A stretch of 64,000 nt of DNA from Octopus sinensis. Taxonomy: Eukaryota. A program made the translations under genes and the position numbers. Under the pieces are notes generated by a model, which was not told the DNA's origin, ran no database searches, and saw only the letters and a program-made list of their open reading frames with translations. The stretch covers positions 38,750,001 through 38,814,000 of the forward strand of contig NC_042998.1 of the NCBI RefSeq assembly GCF_006345805.1, written 5' to 3'. This document shows positions 61,867 to 64,000 of this stretch, one piece after another. Within the stretch, counting starts at the first letter, position 1. Each line of letters begins with the position of its first letter.

Positions 61867-62149
61867 AGGAGACAGAGGAAAGTCCGAAAGAAAAGGAAGG
61901 AAGAGAAAAATCGCCAACAGGGCACGTGTAGTTACATTTTGGTATGATCGGAAATAGATGGACAAAGAGTAAGTGCTTTCTGGGACAAGAGAGTGTGAAG
62001 AATGGTTGGTATCTGTGTGTGAGTTGTGAGGACAGTAACTGGGTGTTTGTGTGTGATATATACACACACGCCACCGCATACATGAGGATGTTAATCTCAG
62101 TCAGAAAATATCAGCAAACTCATGCAGCAATAACTTTGAGGAACATACG

Positions 62150-62362
62150 TATCACTTTCAAATTATTGCACAAAGCCAATAATTTCGGGGGAAGTGTAAA
62201 TCGGTTACACGGACCCCAGTGCTCAACTCGTACTTATTTTATCGAACCCTAAAGTAATGAAACGCAAAGTCGACCTCAGCCGAATTTGAACTCAGAGCGT
62301 AAAGACGGACCAAATGCTGCCAAACATTTTGTAAGGCGTGCTAACGATTCTTTCATCTCACC
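62150..62362 (-). mobile_element. SINE family 2
   Basis: TACTTATTTTATCGAACCC..GCAAAGTCGACCTCAGCCGAATTTGAACTCAGAGCGTAAAGACGG..GCGTGCTAACGATTC. Confidence 0.8.
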
Positions 62363-63949
62363 TATTTAACGTCAAGACTTGATCAATTTTGCTAAATTCA
62401 TATTTGAAGAAATAGTTTTTCTTTTGTCTTTTGGTTCTATCTGAGGCGAATTAGGTCTCGTGTGGTTAGAGTGCAACTCAGCCCGAAAGCTACAATGAAC
62501 TTAGAACACTTCTGTCGGGGTGGTGCTTGATAACGTATCGATAGCTTCAGCTCAAAACTGTTCTTGGAAGGCAATATTAGGATATAAACATTTATAGATT
62601 AATTACGCAGAATAAATGTGTTTAGAATTCTGTTGAGCCGTCGATGAAAGAGATTCATTCAGTTCGTTATCCAGCGTTTTCGTGTTTTAAAAAAATGGTT
62701 TGTAATTTAATATTGTCTATAATGACTACAGCTTTCGGATATTTAAGTTATTTATTTTACTTTAGTTTCTGTGAGAAATAAACCATCAGACTGTAAATGA
62801 TCTGGAATGTTCTGCAAAGGTAATATACAAACTAGAGAATGAGAGAATCGGTAGATATGGAAACAGTAATATGTTCAAGCTTGAAATAACAAAAGATAAT
62901 TCCTTTTGCCGTCTAATGTTACTTTTCAGCGGTAGATCTGTACATAGAAACAAAACGTATGAGTGTAGAATGCTGAGCTGGTACAGCGGAAGTAAGGGCA
63001 GCAAGCAGAGAACCACGCCAATAACAACAGTATTAATAGTAACACAACCAACAAAGACTCTACCGACGAATACAGTGTCAGAAGTTTTGTCAGAAACCCA
63101 AGTAAGCTAATCAGATTGTTATAGAGGAGGAACGCGATTAATAGGAAGGCAATTACGTGGAGACGATTAGACGACGTGAATATTATGGAAATAACATGAA
63201 ATATGAAAAACTTGTTGAAAATAAGCAAATGTGTTTGGGATGAAGAAAGTGAATGCAAAGTAAAATGAATAGGAGAAACTAAAAAGAGTAAAGCGGGGAA
63301 TTGTTCATACGAAACAGATTTTCATAATTGATGTGTAAAAGAAATTTTTTAAAAATCGAGTAAACACTTAGACATGGCAATGAATCTCCATCAAATACGA
63401 AATTCGACTTTTTATATAAATCGAGGAACAGCATTCCAACGTTCTCACTGGGTTTGGATTTCATTCTCTCTGATTGTTAATGAGCACGAGCATGCATGTG
63501 AATAAGTGTGTGTGTGTGTGTGTGTATGTGTGTGTGTGTGCGTGTGTATGTGAGTATTTGTAACAGTGGTATGAATCACTGGATACGGTTTTCACTATTT
63601 AGTCAAATTCGGTTCTAGCGTTTCATTGTTATCCCAGAATATTATTTCACGTTACTTCGGTGCAGTTTATTGCCAAGAATTGGATTACAAAGGACCTACA
63701 ATTATTTAGATTGAAGCAATTTCTCCGATCAAACACACAATTTGGAACACTGTGGAGGACAGCATTTGATTACAAGCCTAGGACAATGTATTTCTTATTA
63801 AACTCTTCACTCTCCACACACAGGCATCGTACTCTAGAATAGCAGTGCCCTGCTGCAATCACACATGCGTACATACACATTTACAATCATACACATATAC
63901 ACATGTATAAATTTGTATGTATGTATACATACACACACACATACATGCA

Positions 63950-63989
<40 letters not shown>

Positions 63990-64000
63990 TATGCGATGCA

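Noticed and set aside
62930-63101. Plus-strand exon candidate (..NKTYECRMLSW..TTPITT..ETQ|GTAAGC)
   Set aside because: Plausible splice sites, but opposite to the better-supported strand, low-complexity and without recognisable homology; not supportable without transcripts.

Overview
AT-rich, microsatellite-dense eukaryotic DNA. The SINE families and repeat landscape point to an octopod cephalopod (Octopus-like); this is inferred, not database-confirmed. No prokaryotic features, rRNA, intact tRNA or CRISPR array were seen, and most ORFs in the track are microsatellite or transposon artefacts. The window is largely intron/intergenic sequence packed with transposon relics: two tRNA-derived SINE families; LINE remnants of the CRE, HERO, R4/Dong, Tx1/L1, RTE and CR1 types; a Naiad-type Penelope RT relic; a terminus-to-terminus 3.0-kb Helitron with a Pif1 helicase; a non-autonomous Helitron; a fragmented Tigger/pogo; a hAT relic; and several long palindromes. 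A few minus-strand host exons are likely. The best are a terminal exon encoding the end of an Ig-like domain plus a hydrophobic (GPI/TM-like) tail (28169-28410) and a clean 15-nt microexon (61254-61268). The most interesting observation is four type I hammerhead-ribozyme motifs within 2.9 kb (58997-61866), all on the minus strand and flanking the microexon. Also notable are two ~0.9-kb tandem duplications that both break inside (TA)n tracts, a pre-miRNA-like hairpin and inverted SINE pairs. Coordinates of degraded elements are approximate; all alignments and translations were done by eye.
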